This document shows positions 1 through 8,009 of a DNA stretch of 64,000 nt, one piece after another. The notes beneath the pieces were generated by a model, which saw only the letters and a list, made by a program, of their open reading frames with translations, did no database searches and was not told the DNA's origin. This DNA comes from an uncultured Eubacteriales bacterium (GTDB lineage Bacteria > Bacillota > Clostridia > Oscillospirales > Ruminococcaceae), in NCBI GenBank assembly GCA_902489745.1, contig CABUBB010000008.1, forward strand, positions 15,987 through 79,986, in the 5' to 3' direction. A program made the position numbers and the translations under genes. How positions within the stretch are numbered: the first letter of the stretch is position 1; each line of letters begins with the position of its first letter.

Positions 1-825
1 CTCTCCGGCACTGAAATTCACTGGGATTATGTAGACGAATCCCTCATGAAGCTCAAAAAGGAACCCACCACCGTCACTTTTTATCTGCCGGATAACGCGC
101 AGGGGGCGGATACCCTCCTCGCCATCCGCAGCGGGCTTCAAACCCTTCCTTCCCTCTGCCCCGGCGTCGATCTGGGCGCCCTCACCCTCTCCTGCGGCAC
201 CGTCCGCGAGGAGGATTGGGCCACTGTCTGGAAGCAGTATTACCACCCCACCCCCATTGGGGACAAACTGCTGGTCGTCCCCTCCTGGGAACGGGACAGC
301 GCCGTGTTAAACGGCCGCGTCCCGCTAGTGCTCGACCCCGGCATGGCCTTCGGCACCGGTACCCACGCCAGCACCCGTCTCTGTCTGGAGCTGCTTCAAA
401 ATGCCGTCCGCCCCGGTGACGCCATGCTCGACGTCGGCTGCGGCAGCGGTATCCTCGCCGTCGCTTCCCTTTTGCTCGGTGCAGGGCTGGCCGTCGGGGT
501 GGACATCGACGAGCTGGCCGCCAAAATCGCGCTGGAAAATGCTGCGCTCAACGGCGTGGAGGACCGTCTCACCACCTTTGTCGGAGATTTGACCGACAAG
601 GTCCACGGCTCTTTTGACGTCATCTGCGCCAACATTGTTGCGGATGTCATCATCCGCCTCTGCCCGGATATCCCGCAGTTCCTCAAACCCGGCGGGGTGT
701 TCATCACCTCCGGCATCATCGACACCCGCAAGGACGACGTTGTGGCCGCCCTTGAAGCTGCCGGCATTCGTATTACCGAGCTCAAAGAGGATGAAGGCTG
801 GGTTGCTATTCGCTGTACCATTTAA
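1..825 (+). CDS. prmA: Ribosomal protein L11 methyltransferase PrmA; the 5' end is cut by the window edge
   Basis: The frame is open from nt 1 with no upstream stop. It has the SAM-methyltransferase motif LDVGCGSGILA, and the overall PrmA-like sequence ends in EGWVAIRC. Confidence 0.85.
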   Translation, partial: LSGTEIHWDYVDESLMKLKKEPTTVTFYLPDNAQGADTLLAIRSGLQTLPSLCPGVDLGALTLSCGTVREEDWATVWKQYYHPTPIGDKLLVVPSWERDSAVLNGRVPLVLDPGMAFGTGTHASTRLCLELLQNAVRPGDAMLDVGCGSGILAVASLLLGAGLAVGVDIDELAAKIALENAALNGVEDRLTTFVGDLTDKVHGSFDVICANIVADVIIRLCPDIPQFLKPGGVFITSGIIDTRKDDVVAALEAAGIRITELKEDEGWVAIRCTI

Positions 826-830
826 TAGGA

Positions 831-864
831 AACAGGCTGTGGACCGTTCCACAGCCTGTTTTTG
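831..864 (+). terminator. Rho-independent terminator after prmA
   Basis: A 12-bp stem (aacaggctgtgg / ccacagcctgtt) with loop accgtt is followed by TTTTT. It starts 6 nt after the prmA stop. Confidence 0.7.
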
Positions 865-1144
865 TCTGCCCGGCTTTCGGTTCAAAGCCTCGCCATAACT
901 CATCCCAAGCCGAATTGACCTCACCCCCATGGGCGTTGACATTCCAAACGCTACGGCTTTATCTTCCACAGGCGGCTGCCGCAAAAAATAGCCGGTTACA
1001 ACAAACCTGCGCCCAACATTTCCCGGTGCAGTCTGCCTCAAGAATGCAAAACCGCTTTCCGTTGCCATTTTTCTCTGGAGCGCTTTATTCTCTGCAATCA
1101 AAAATATGTCGCTCATACCCTTCCTTTGCTGTAACCGGTTTGTT

Positions 1145-1198
1145 TCAAAAAAGAAATAGCACGGCGGAAGAATTTTCCGCCGTGCTCAACTTTTTTTC
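1145..1198. terminator. Bidirectional hairpin terminator
   Basis: A 10-bp stem (agcacggcgg / ccgccgtgct) is flanked by an A-run upstream and a T-run downstream, so a U-tract follows the hairpin on either strand. It lies directly after the stop of the 51-aa minus-strand ORF. Confidence 0.6.
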
Positions 1199-1199
1199 C

Positions 1200-1355
1200 T
1201 TAAATGCCGCAATCCTCATAATCACGCCACTTTTCCTCATGAATGCGGTTGTTGTGGCTGCGGTATAACAGGTATGCAAGGGTGGAAGCAATCGCCGCTA
1301 CACCAAGCAATAAAGATACGAAGCTAATTTTTTTCTTGTTGTTTTCTGGTTTCAT
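1200..1355 (-). CDS. Small (51 aa) single-pass membrane protein. It is absent from the ORF track because it is shorter than 60 aa.
   Basis: Hand translation gives MKPENNKKKISFVSLLLGVAAIASTLAYLLYRSHNNRIHEEKWRDYEDCGI. A strong RBS (GGGAGGAG) sits 5 nt before the ATG. The gene has its own promoter and terminator and a hydrophobic core flanked by K/R residues. Confidence 0.55.
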   Translation of the reverse strand: MKPENNKKKISFVSLLLGVAAIASTLAYLLYRSHNNRIHEEKWRDYEDCGI

Positions 1356-1398
1356 GACGGCTCCTCCCATCAGGCTGTAAATAGGCTTTTATATCTCT

Positions 1399-1427
1399 AT
1401 TCTACCGAATCCCGCCCCGCTTGTCAA
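1399..1427 (-). promoter_or_regulatory. Sigma-70-type promoter for the 51-aa ORF
   Basis: On the minus strand it reads TTGACA, a 17-nt spacer, then TAGAAT. It lies about 40 nt upstream of the RBS. Confidence 0.55.
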
Positions 1428-1473
1428 CCTGTCCACCTTCATTATATGCGAAGCCGCACCGGATATTCCCCGC

Positions 1474-2790
1474 TCAGACCGCTTTGGGCAGAACCTTGTT
1501 GGCAAGCGCGCCCGCAAAGACTGCAATAAAGAGGCCGGAAATGGTAATTTCCGGAATGGCAACGCCGAACAGGTTGAAAGCCGGCGTGGTAATTCCATTG
1601 CTCAGCCCCAAACCAAAGACCAAAATCAGCGCAACAATCATCAGGTTGCGGCTGTGGGAGAAGTCTAACTGCGCCTCCGAAAGGGTCCGCATGCCAATCG
1701 CCGCAATCATACCAAACAGCACAATCGACATACCGCCCTTAACCGCGTCCGGAATCGCCTGCAAGACGCCGCCGAATTTCCCGAACAGGCCGAGTGCAAT
1801 CGCAAAAATTGCTGCAATTTTAATCACAGCCGTGTCGTAAACTTTGGTCACTGCAAGAACACCGGTATTCTCAGAATAGGTGGTGTTGGCCGGCCCGCCG
1901 AGCAGCCCGGCAGCCAAGGTCGCCACACCGTCGCCCAGCAGGGTACGGTGCAGGCCCGGATCCTTGAAAAAGTCCTTGCCAACCACTGAACCATTGGTGG
2001 TAATGTCGCCAATATGCTCCATGAAGGTGACAAACGCCACCGGCGCCACCAGCAGAATGGCCTGGAAATCAAATTTCGGGAAGAGGAAAAATTCCCCGTT
2101 AAAGCTCCAGAAGGGGTTGATCCAGGAGGCATTGGCAATGATGTCAAAATTGACCAACGGAGCGGAGAACAGGTGGAACCCGTCACAAATCATTGAAACA
2201 ACATAACCCAGCGCAAGGCCAATGAGAATTGGCACCAGCTTGAAAAAGCCTTTGCAGAAAACCGACACCGCAATAATGGTCACCAGCACCACCAAGGCAA
2301 TCAGCCAGTTGCTCGACGCCATCGAAATACCGGTCGGCGCCAGCGTCATGCCAATGACCACAATCACCGGCCCGGTGACAACCGCTGGGAAAAACGCCCG
2401 AATACGATCCGGCCCAACCAGACGGCAGATAAAGGACAAAATGATGTAAACCAGTCCGGCGCAAACAATACCGCCCAGCGCATAGGGCAGCCGTTCATAA
2501 TAAAGCGGGTCAGCAATCACTGCCGAAATGCCCTGTGTTTCCAGCTTGTCCAGCAAAACAGGATTTCCGTTGATGCAAACCGCCTGCACCGCCGGAATAT
2601 AAGCAAAACTGGAACCGAGGAAGACCGGCACCTTGTGCCCGGTGATGAAATGGAAAATGAGTGTGCCAATGCCGGCGCAGACCAATGCGACCGAAACATT
2701 GAGGCCGGTCAGGGTCGGTACCAGAACCGTTGAGCCAAACATGGCAAACAGGTGCTGAACACCCAAGACCACCTTTTTGGATGGATTCAT
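1474..2790 (-). CDS. NCS2-family nucleobase permease (uracil/xanthine permease, UraA/PyrP-like)
   Basis: It carries the signature QHLFAMFGSTVLVP and LGSSFAYI and is a polytopic hydrophobic protein. The start was chosen at MNPSKK (2790) because a GGGGG RBS precedes it. An alternative ATG lies at 2805. Confidence 0.85.
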   Translation of the reverse strand: MNPSKKVVLGVQHLFAMFGSTVLVPTLTGLNVSVALVCAGIGTLIFHFITGHKVPVFLGSSFAYIPAVQAVCINGNPVLLDKLETQGISAVIADPLYYERLPYALGGIVCAGLVYIILSFICRLVGPDRIRAFFPAVVTGPVIVVIGMTLAPTGISMASSNWLIALVVLVTIIAVSVFCKGFFKLVPILIGLALGYVVSMICDGFHLFSAPLVNFDIIANASWINPFWSFNGEFFLFPKFDFQAILLVAPVAFVTFMEHIGDITTNGSVVGKDFFKDPGLHRTLLGDGVATLAAGLLGGPANTTYSENTGVLAVTKVYDTAVIKIAAIFAIALGLFGKFGGVLQAIPDAVKGGMSIVLFGMIAAIGMRTLSEAQLDFSHSRNLMIVALILVFGLGLSNGITTPAFNLFGVAIPEITISGLFIAVFAGALANKVLPKAV

Positions 2791-2847
2791 TTCAATAACC
2801 CCCATAAAATTTGTTCTGCCCTCCCGTCTGTACCAGACGGGAATTTA

Positions 2848-2883
2848 TAAAACAAGGCCAGCATCCTATCGGGACGCATGGCC
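2848..2883 (-). terminator. Attenuator-like intrinsic terminator inside the permease leader
   Basis: On the minus strand ggccatgcgtcccgataggatgctggcc forms an 11-bp stem with one bulge and a 5-nt loop, followed by TTGTTTTAT. It lies about 60 nt upstream of the permease start codon. Confidence 0.5.
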
Positions 2884-3078
2884 ATCTCCGCGAACCCAAA
2901 CGTGCGCCGTTTCTCAGATGAAAATATCATTATGTGAAGCCGGCGGTTTGTCCAACCTGGAAACGTCACTGCATAACCGGCTGCGAGCTTCCGCTGTTGG
3001 CCTCTTTATACCGCCACAGACGGCATAGACGCGGGCCGCCAATTTTCGCCTGGATTCGTCAGAAATATATCGTTTTAT

Positions 3079-3107
3079 ATTTTACTATACTGTGAACGGA
3101 TTGTAAA
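3079..3107 (-). promoter_or_regulatory. Candidate promoter of the permease leader
   Basis: On the minus strand it reads TTTACA, a 17-nt spacer, then TAAAAT, within an AT-rich block. This implies a 5' leader of roughly 280 nt. Confidence 0.45.
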
Positions 3108-3420
3108 TAGAATGCAACCAGTTTTCTCAATTTTTATTTCAATATAGCCGGAATACCCAATATACCGCTGGCTGGCATGACCCAAGCCGGGAATACTCAG
3201 AGCAAACCAAAAGTATGGCAGAATTTCACCATAAATCCCCAGAAATTCCGAACTATGATCCCGCAGGACGGGATGTACCGCTTGATCGCCCCAAGGGAGT
3301 TACCTGCGGTTTGAAAAATACGCCGCCTCCTAATCTGCCACAAATAAGACGTTTTTCTTTCCAGCGCAGGGAGCATCTCTCCGCTTAAAACGGCCGGGCA
3401 TACCCGCGGAAAAGTGCCTG

Positions 3421-3460
3421 AAACAAAGAAAATTGCCGCGCAAAATGCAGCGGCAATTTC
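3421..3460 (-). terminator. Rho-independent terminator of the hydrogenase operon
   Basis: On the minus strand the stem aaattgccgc / gcggcaattt is followed by TTTTCTTTGTTT. It lies about 20 nt after the hydA stop. Confidence 0.65.
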
Positions 3461-3477
3461 TTTTAATTCACCTGGAC

Positions 3478-5220
3478 TTAGCCGTTTTTACGGTCTACAT
3501 ACTGGGTATGAAGAATGTGATGTGCTTTTACGCTGCCCGGCTCGTCAAAGAACTCATCGTAAATCTTCTTGATCATCGGGTTCTCATGCGACTTACGGAT
3601 CGGCAGGTTCTTATCCTCTTCATAGATGGCTTTCGCACGCTCAGCACGCAGGTCTACAAAGTTGCGGACACTTGCAGGCTGGGTCGGCTGGCCGCCGCCA
3701 TTGACGCATCCGCCAGGGCAGGCCATGATCTCGATGAAGTGGTAATTCTTCTCGCCGGATTTCACCTTTTCCAGCAGCTCACGCGCATTGGCAAGACCGG
3801 AAGCAACCGCAACGTTGATGTCCATGCCGGCAACATTGTAGGTCGCCTCTTTAATGCCTGCGGTGCCGCGAACCTCAGTGAAGTCAAGATTTTTAAGTTC
3901 TTCGCCAGTGAGTTTTTCCACTGCGGTACGGAGAGCAGCCTCCATAACGCCGCCAGTCGCGCCAAAGATAGCTCCAGCGCCGGTGGACTCACCAAGCGGA
4001 TTGTCAAACTCCTCATCCGGGAGCTGTTCAAAGATGATGCCCGCGCGTTTGATCATACGGGAGAGTTCACGGGTGGTAAGTGCAATATCAACGTCCGGAA
4101 CACCGGCTGCATCCTGATGATCACGGCCGATCTCGAACTTCTTCGCAGTACAAGGCATAATGCTGACCACGACAATATCTTTCGGATCGAGGTTGTTTTT
4201 CTCTGCATAATAGGTCTTGATGACTGCACCAAACATCTGCTGCGGAGATTTGCAGGAGGAAAGGTTATCAATCATTTCCGGATAATTGTACTCGCAGAAT
4301 TTCACCCATCCCGGAGAACAGGAGGTAATGAGCGGCAGGGTACCGCCATTCTGAACACGATGCAGGAATTCGGTCGCTTCCTCCATAATAGTGAGGTCGG
4401 CAGAGAAGTCGGTATCGAACACTTTTGCAAAGCCAAGGCGGCGGAGCGCCGCAACCATTTTGCCCTTGACGTTGGAGCCAACCGGCATACCAAACGCTTC
4501 ACCCAGGGTGACGCGGATAGACGGCGCGGTGTTGACGATAACGTGTTTAGTTGGATCATTGAGAGCTGCCCAGACCTTATCGGTATCATCCTTTTCCGAA
4601 AGGGCGCCGGTCGGACATGCAACGATGCACTGACCGCAGGAGACGCAGGAGGTCTCGTTCAGGCCGACATCAAACGGACTGCCGATATGGGTTTTGAAGC
4701 CGCGTTCAATCGGCCCAATGACCGATACGCTCTGCTGTACGCTACAAGCAGCAACACAGCGACGGCAGAGAATGCACTTGTTGTTGTCGCGGTACATATG
4801 CGGTGCGGAATCGTCAATGTCAACTGGATCGTTAACGCCTTCGTAGTAATTGACGTCATCTACGCCGTAATCCTTACAGAGCTTCTGCAGCTCACAGTTT
4901 TCACTGCGGACACAGGAAAGACATTTTTTGTCATGGGTAGAGAGAATAAGCTCAAGGGTGAGCTTTCTCGCTTTCTGGATTGCCGGAGAGTTGGTGACAA
5001 CCTCCATACCTTCGTTGACTGGGTACACGCAGGCTGCGACCAGGCTTCTTGCGCCTTTGACTTCGACTACGCAGATACGGCAGGCACCGATGGCATTAAT
5101 GTCTTTTAAATAGCAAAGAGTCGGGATATCGAACCCATTTTCGCGTGCAGCTTCAAGAATGGTGTAGTTCTTCGGCACGCTCAATGGAATTCCATTGATT
5201 TTGATGTTTACATTTTCCAT
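3478..5220 (-). CDS. hydA: [FeFe]-hydrogenase catalytic subunit, multidomain M3-type (HydA/HndD-like)
   Basis: The N-terminus has a 2Fe-2S ferredoxin fold plus several 4Fe-4S Cys motifs. The H-cluster motifs are TSCSPGW, MPCTAKKFE and EIMACPGGCVNGGGQP. The start was set at MENVNIKING because a GGGGAGAA RBS precedes it; the ORF-track start at 5316 overlaps hydB. Confidence 0.9.
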   Translation of the reverse strand: MENVNIKINGIPLSVPKNYTILEAARENGFDIPTLCYLKDINAIGACRICVVEVKGARSLVAACVYPVNEGMEVVTNSPAIQKARKLTLELILSTHDKKCLSCVRSENCELQKLCKDYGVDDVNYYEGVNDPVDIDDSAPHMYRDNNKCILCRRCVAACSVQQSVSVIGPIERGFKTHIGSPFDVGLNETSCVSCGQCIVACPTGALSEKDDTDKVWAALNDPTKHVIVNTAPSIRVTLGEAFGMPVGSNVKGKMVAALRRLGFAKVFDTDFSADLTIMEEATEFLHRVQNGGTLPLITSCSPGWVKFCEYNYPEMIDNLSSCKSPQQMFGAVIKTYYAEKNNLDPKDIVVVSIMPCTAKKFEIGRDHQDAAGVPDVDIALTTRELSRMIKRAGIIFEQLPDEEFDNPLGESTGAGAIFGATGGVMEAALRTAVEKLTGEELKNLDFTEVRGTAGIKEATYNVAGMDINVAVASGLANARELLEKVKSGEKNYHFIEIMACPGGCVNGGGQPTQPASVRNFVDLRAERAKAIYEEDKNLPIRKSHENPMIKKIYDEFFDEPGSVKAHHILHTQYVDRKNG

Positions 5221-5236
5221 CTCGGTACTTCTCCCC

Positions 5237-7024
5237 TTATTTCTTCGAAATTGCTGCGAACTTACATTTCTCCATACAAGCGCCGCACTTAATGCACTTA
5301 TCCTTGTCGATGACATGCGGCTGTTTTACCGTGCCGCTGATGGCGCCAACCGGACATACTCTGGAGCAGAGGGTGCAGCCTTTGCACTTGGCCGGATCAA
5401 TCTCGTAGCTGAGCAGGTCTTTACATACGCCCGCCGGACATCTCTTATCCACAACGTGGGCAATATATTCATCTCTGAAATACCGCAGGGTGGAGAGCAC
5501 CGGGTTCGGAGCAGTCTGTCCCAAACCGCACAGGGAATTGTTTTTAATGTGGTAGCAAAGCTCTTCCATTTTGTCAAGGTCCTCAAGGGTACCCTGGCCT
5601 TTGGTGACTTTATCCAGCATCTCATAAAGGCGCTTGGTGCCAACACGGCACGGGGTGCATTTACCGCAGGATTCGTCAACTGTAAACTCCAAGAAGAACT
5701 TCGCAATATCAACCATGCAGTTGTCCTCATCCATAACGATGAGACCGCCGGATCCCATCATAGAGCCGATGGCGATGAGGTTGTCGTAGTCAATCGGCAC
5801 GTCGAAATGCTCCGCCGGGATACATCCGCCGGAAGGACCGCCAGTCTGGGCGGCTTTGAACTTTTTGCCGTTTGGAATACCGCCACCGATTTCCTCAACA
5901 ATTTCGCGGAGGGTAGTGCCCATTGGGACTTCAACGAGGCCGGTGTTGTTAATTTTGCCGCCAAGTGCAAAAACCTTGGTGCCCTTAGACTTCTCGGTGC
6001 CCATAGAAGAGAACCATTCCGGCCCTTTGAGGATAATCTGCGGAATATTCGCATAGGTTTCAACATTGTTGAGGATGGTCGGTTTGCCGAACAGGCCTTT
6101 CACCGCCGGGAACGGAGGACGGCAGCGCGGCTCGCCGCGTTTGCCTTCAATCGAGGTCATAAGGGCAGTTTCCTCACCGCAGACAAATGCGCCGGCGCCG
6201 AGACGCAGGCCGATGTCAAAATCAAAGCCGGTGCCGAAAATGTCTTTGCCGAGCAGGCCGTATTCACGTGCCTGGCTAATGGCAATTTCAAGGCGTTTAA
6301 CCGCAATGGGGTACTCTGCACGAACGTAGATATAACCCTGGGAAGCACCGATTGCATAACCGGCAATCGCCATTGCCTCAAGAACGGCATGCGGGTCACC
6401 TTCGAGGACCGAACGGTCCATGAACGCGCCCGGATCCCCTTCGTCGGCGTTACAGCAGACGTATTTCTGGTCTGCATGGTTCATGGCAGCAAGAGACCAT
6501 TTACGGCCAGTCGGGAAGCCAGCGCCGCCACGGCCGCGGAGACCGGAATCCAAAATAATCTGAATGACCTGCTCCGGGGTGTACTCGGTCAGACATTTGC
6601 CGAGAGCCTGGTAGCCGTCAAACGCTATGTATTCATCAATATTTTCCGGATTAATAACACCGCAGTTGCGCAGCGCAACACGGTGCTGTTTTTTGTAGAA
6701 GTCGGTCTCGTTGAGAGACTTGATGTTGTCATCCTCAACCGTCTCCTGGTAAAGAAGGCGTTTGACGATACGGCCTTTGAGGAGGTGCTCGTCAACAATC
6801 TCTTTAATGTCTTCCGGTTTTACGCGGGAATAAAAGCTGCCCTCCGGATAAACGACCATAATCGGGCCGAGTGCACAGAGACCAAAGCAGCCGGTACGGA
6901 TGACGTTTACCTCGTTTTCGAGACCGACCGCCTTAATTTCTTTTTCGAGTTCCGCGATAATCTGCTCAGAGCCGGAGGAAGTACAGCCGGTACCACCGCA
7001 GACCAGTACGTTAGAACGAAACAT
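5237..7024 (-). CDS. hydB: NuoF-like flavoprotein subunit of a bifurcating hydrogenase (HydB/HndC-like)
   Basis: It has an N-terminal thioredoxin-like 2Fe-2S region, the motif GRGGAGFPTG, SCGKCTPCR, and two CxxCxxCxxxCP motifs at the C-terminus. An AGGAGG RBS precedes the start. Confidence 0.9.
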   Translation of the reverse strand: MFRSNVLVCGGTGCTSSGSEQIIAELEKEIKAVGLENEVNVIRTGCFGLCALGPIMVVYPEGSFYSRVKPEDIKEIVDEHLLKGRIVKRLLYQETVEDDNIKSLNETDFYKKQHRVALRNCGVINPENIDEYIAFDGYQALGKCLTEYTPEQVIQIILDSGLRGRGGAGFPTGRKWSLAAMNHADQKYVCCNADEGDPGAFMDRSVLEGDPHAVLEAMAIAGYAIGASQGYIYVRAEYPIAVKRLEIAISQAREYGLLGKDIFGTGFDFDIGLRLGAGAFVCGEETALMTSIEGKRGEPRCRPPFPAVKGLFGKPTILNNVETYANIPQIILKGPEWFSSMGTEKSKGTKVFALGGKINNTGLVEVPMGTTLREIVEEIGGGIPNGKKFKAAQTGGPSGGCIPAEHFDVPIDYDNLIAIGSMMGSGGLIVMDEDNCMVDIAKFFLEFTVDESCGKCTPCRVGTKRLYEMLDKVTKGQGTLEDLDKMEELCYHIKNNSLCGLGQTAPNPVLSTLRYFRDEYIAHVVDKRCPAGVCKDLLSYEIDPAKCKGCTLCSRVCPVGAISGTVKQPHVIDKDKCIKCGACMEKCKFAAISKK

Positions 7025-7038
7025 TGATTCAATCCTCC

Positions 7039-7407
7039 TTATGCGTTGGCGCCAATTGTATACTCGGTAACGACGTTACCGTTTACAATGTGGTCGTTGA
7101 TGACTCTTACCATTTTTTCTGCTGTCATTTTGACATAGGTTGTCTTTTTGCCGTCGGCCTCAAAAACCTCGACAACCGGCTCAAATTTGCAGATGCCAAT
7201 GCAGCCGGTCTGGGTGACCATGGCATTATGAAGCTGGCGTTTTGCCACTTCTTCACTGGCAGCGTTGAGAACCGGACGGGCGCCGGCCGCAATGCCGCAG
7301 GTTGCCATACCAACAACAATGCGGTAATCCACGTCATTGTTTTCACGGACGACTACACTGCTCTTTACACGGTCACGGATAGCCTGTAATTCTGCTAAAC
7401 TTTTCAT
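7039..7407 (-). CDS. Thioredoxin-like [2Fe-2S] ferredoxin (HndB-like)
   Basis: A 122-aa protein with the MATCGIAAG ... CIGIC Cys pattern. It sits between the GHKL gene and hydB. Confidence 0.7.
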   Translation of the reverse strand: MKSLAELQAIRDRVKSSVVVRENNDVDYRIVVGMATCGIAAGARPVLNAASEEVAKRQLHNAMVTQTGCIGICKFEPVVEVFEADGKKTTYVKMTAEKMVRVINDHIVNGNVVTEYTIGANA

Positions 7408-7443
7408 AAATGCGCACCACCTTAATGAATTTGTTTGGGATTT

Positions 7444-8004
7444 TCAGGTTATTGAATTGTGTTCGCCGTCAATTTCTCTGGTATTTTCTGCAATCATATC
7501 CCGTAAGAAAGTTAATATCTCATTGGAACAGATGTCGACATCGCCAAGCATTTCCTTCACTTCGCGGGTATCCAGCGTAAAAGTACGGCCGTCCGCCTCA
7601 TAGCGGTAGACAAACGCAATTTGCGGACTCCCGGAAATTAAGGTTGTAATGGTGGAGGGAATGTCCCCCAGCGGCAGCATGTCGATGTGATCGTAGCAGT
7701 ACTCCGCCATGGTCTCGGTTCCTTTGCCAAGGGTGGAATGAATAGCGAACGAGCCGCCAGTCATTTCTGCCGTCATCTTGAAAAAAGGAATTCCAAGCCC
7801 GATGCTGCGGGTGGTACGGGTGGTAAAAAACGGGTCAGTTACCTGTTTTACCTGTTCTTCCGTCATACCGCAGCCATCGTCGCGGATGGTAATCCGCAGG
7901 CGTTTGTCCGCCGTGTTGCGCGCCACCGTAATTTCAACAAGAGACGCTTCTGCACGGACCGAGTTCTGCGCAATGTCCAGAATGTTCAGTGACAGCTCCT
8001 GCAT
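7444..8004 (-). CDS. GHKL (histidine-kinase-like) ATPase domain protein embedded in the hydrogenase operon
   Basis: It has an N-box NILDIAQNS, a G1 box DDGCGM and a G2-like GLGIP. There is no HisKA/DHp domain and no TM segment. It starts 5 nt after the hydC stop. Confidence 0.7.
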   Translation of the reverse strand: MQELSLNILDIAQNSVRAEASLVEITVARNTADKRLRITIRDDGCGMTEEQVKQVTDPFFTTRTTRSIGLGIPFFKMTAEMTGGSFAIHSTLGKGTETMAEYCYDHIDMLPLGDIPSTITTLISGSPQIAFVYRYEADGRTFTLDTREVKEMLGDVDICSNEILTFLRDMIAENTREIDGEHNSIT

Positions 8005-8009
8005 AATGC

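Noticed and set aside
1158-1186. The terminator stem AGCACGGCGG...CCGCCGTGCT is almost identical to the rplQ terminator stem at 20518-20541, which raised the possibility of a repeated palindromic element family.
   Set aside because: The shared sequence is only about 10-12 nt per arm. 12-mers recur by chance many times in 64 kb, and the second arm is dictated by the first in any hairpin. The flanks and loops differ.
2806-3075. A PyrR-binding attenuator or a purine riboswitch upstream of the permease.
   Set aside because: Neither the UCCAGAGAGG PyrR loop nor the conserved purine-riboswitch junction sequences are present by eye. It is kept only as an unclassified structured leader (see findings).
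3100-3420. The 320-bp gene-less spacer downstream of hydA, including a possible 45-aa ORF (3177..3314, +) and an AGGAGG on the minus strand near 3330.
   Set aside because: The plus-strand ORF has no RBS and a nondescript sequence. The minus-strand AGGAGG is not followed by any start codon in range. I could not define a convincing hairpin or promoter pair for an sRNA. It may be decayed sequence.
5221-5316. N-terminal extensions given by the ORF track for hydA (to 5316), hydC (to 8555), secY (to 27013), rplO (to 27507), rpsE (to 28281), rplC (to 36067), the lipoprotein (to 39342), DUF134 (to 41122), acpP (to 42761), accB (to 46814), the PRTase (to 59896), the cupin (to 60293) and alaS (to 63490).
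   Set aside because: In every case an internal start is preceded by a strong GGAGG-type RBS, matches the conserved family N-terminus, and removes overlap with the upstream gene or regulatory element.
3433-7027. There are very long ORFs antisense to real genes. Examples are 3433..5109 (+), 5195..7027 (+), 17106..18377 (-), 32018..32905 (+), 33482..34453 (+), 36918..38294 (+), 42921..43634 (+), 56788..57711 (+), 57733..58572 (+) and 60455..61999 (+).
   Set aside because: Each lies exactly opposite a gene with an unambiguous, motif-rich product (hydA, hydB, GH39/ADH, ribosomal proteins, proS, accA, holA, comEC, alaS). Their translations are low-complexity and R/G/A-rich, they lack RBSs, and open antisense frames are expected in GC-rich coding DNA.
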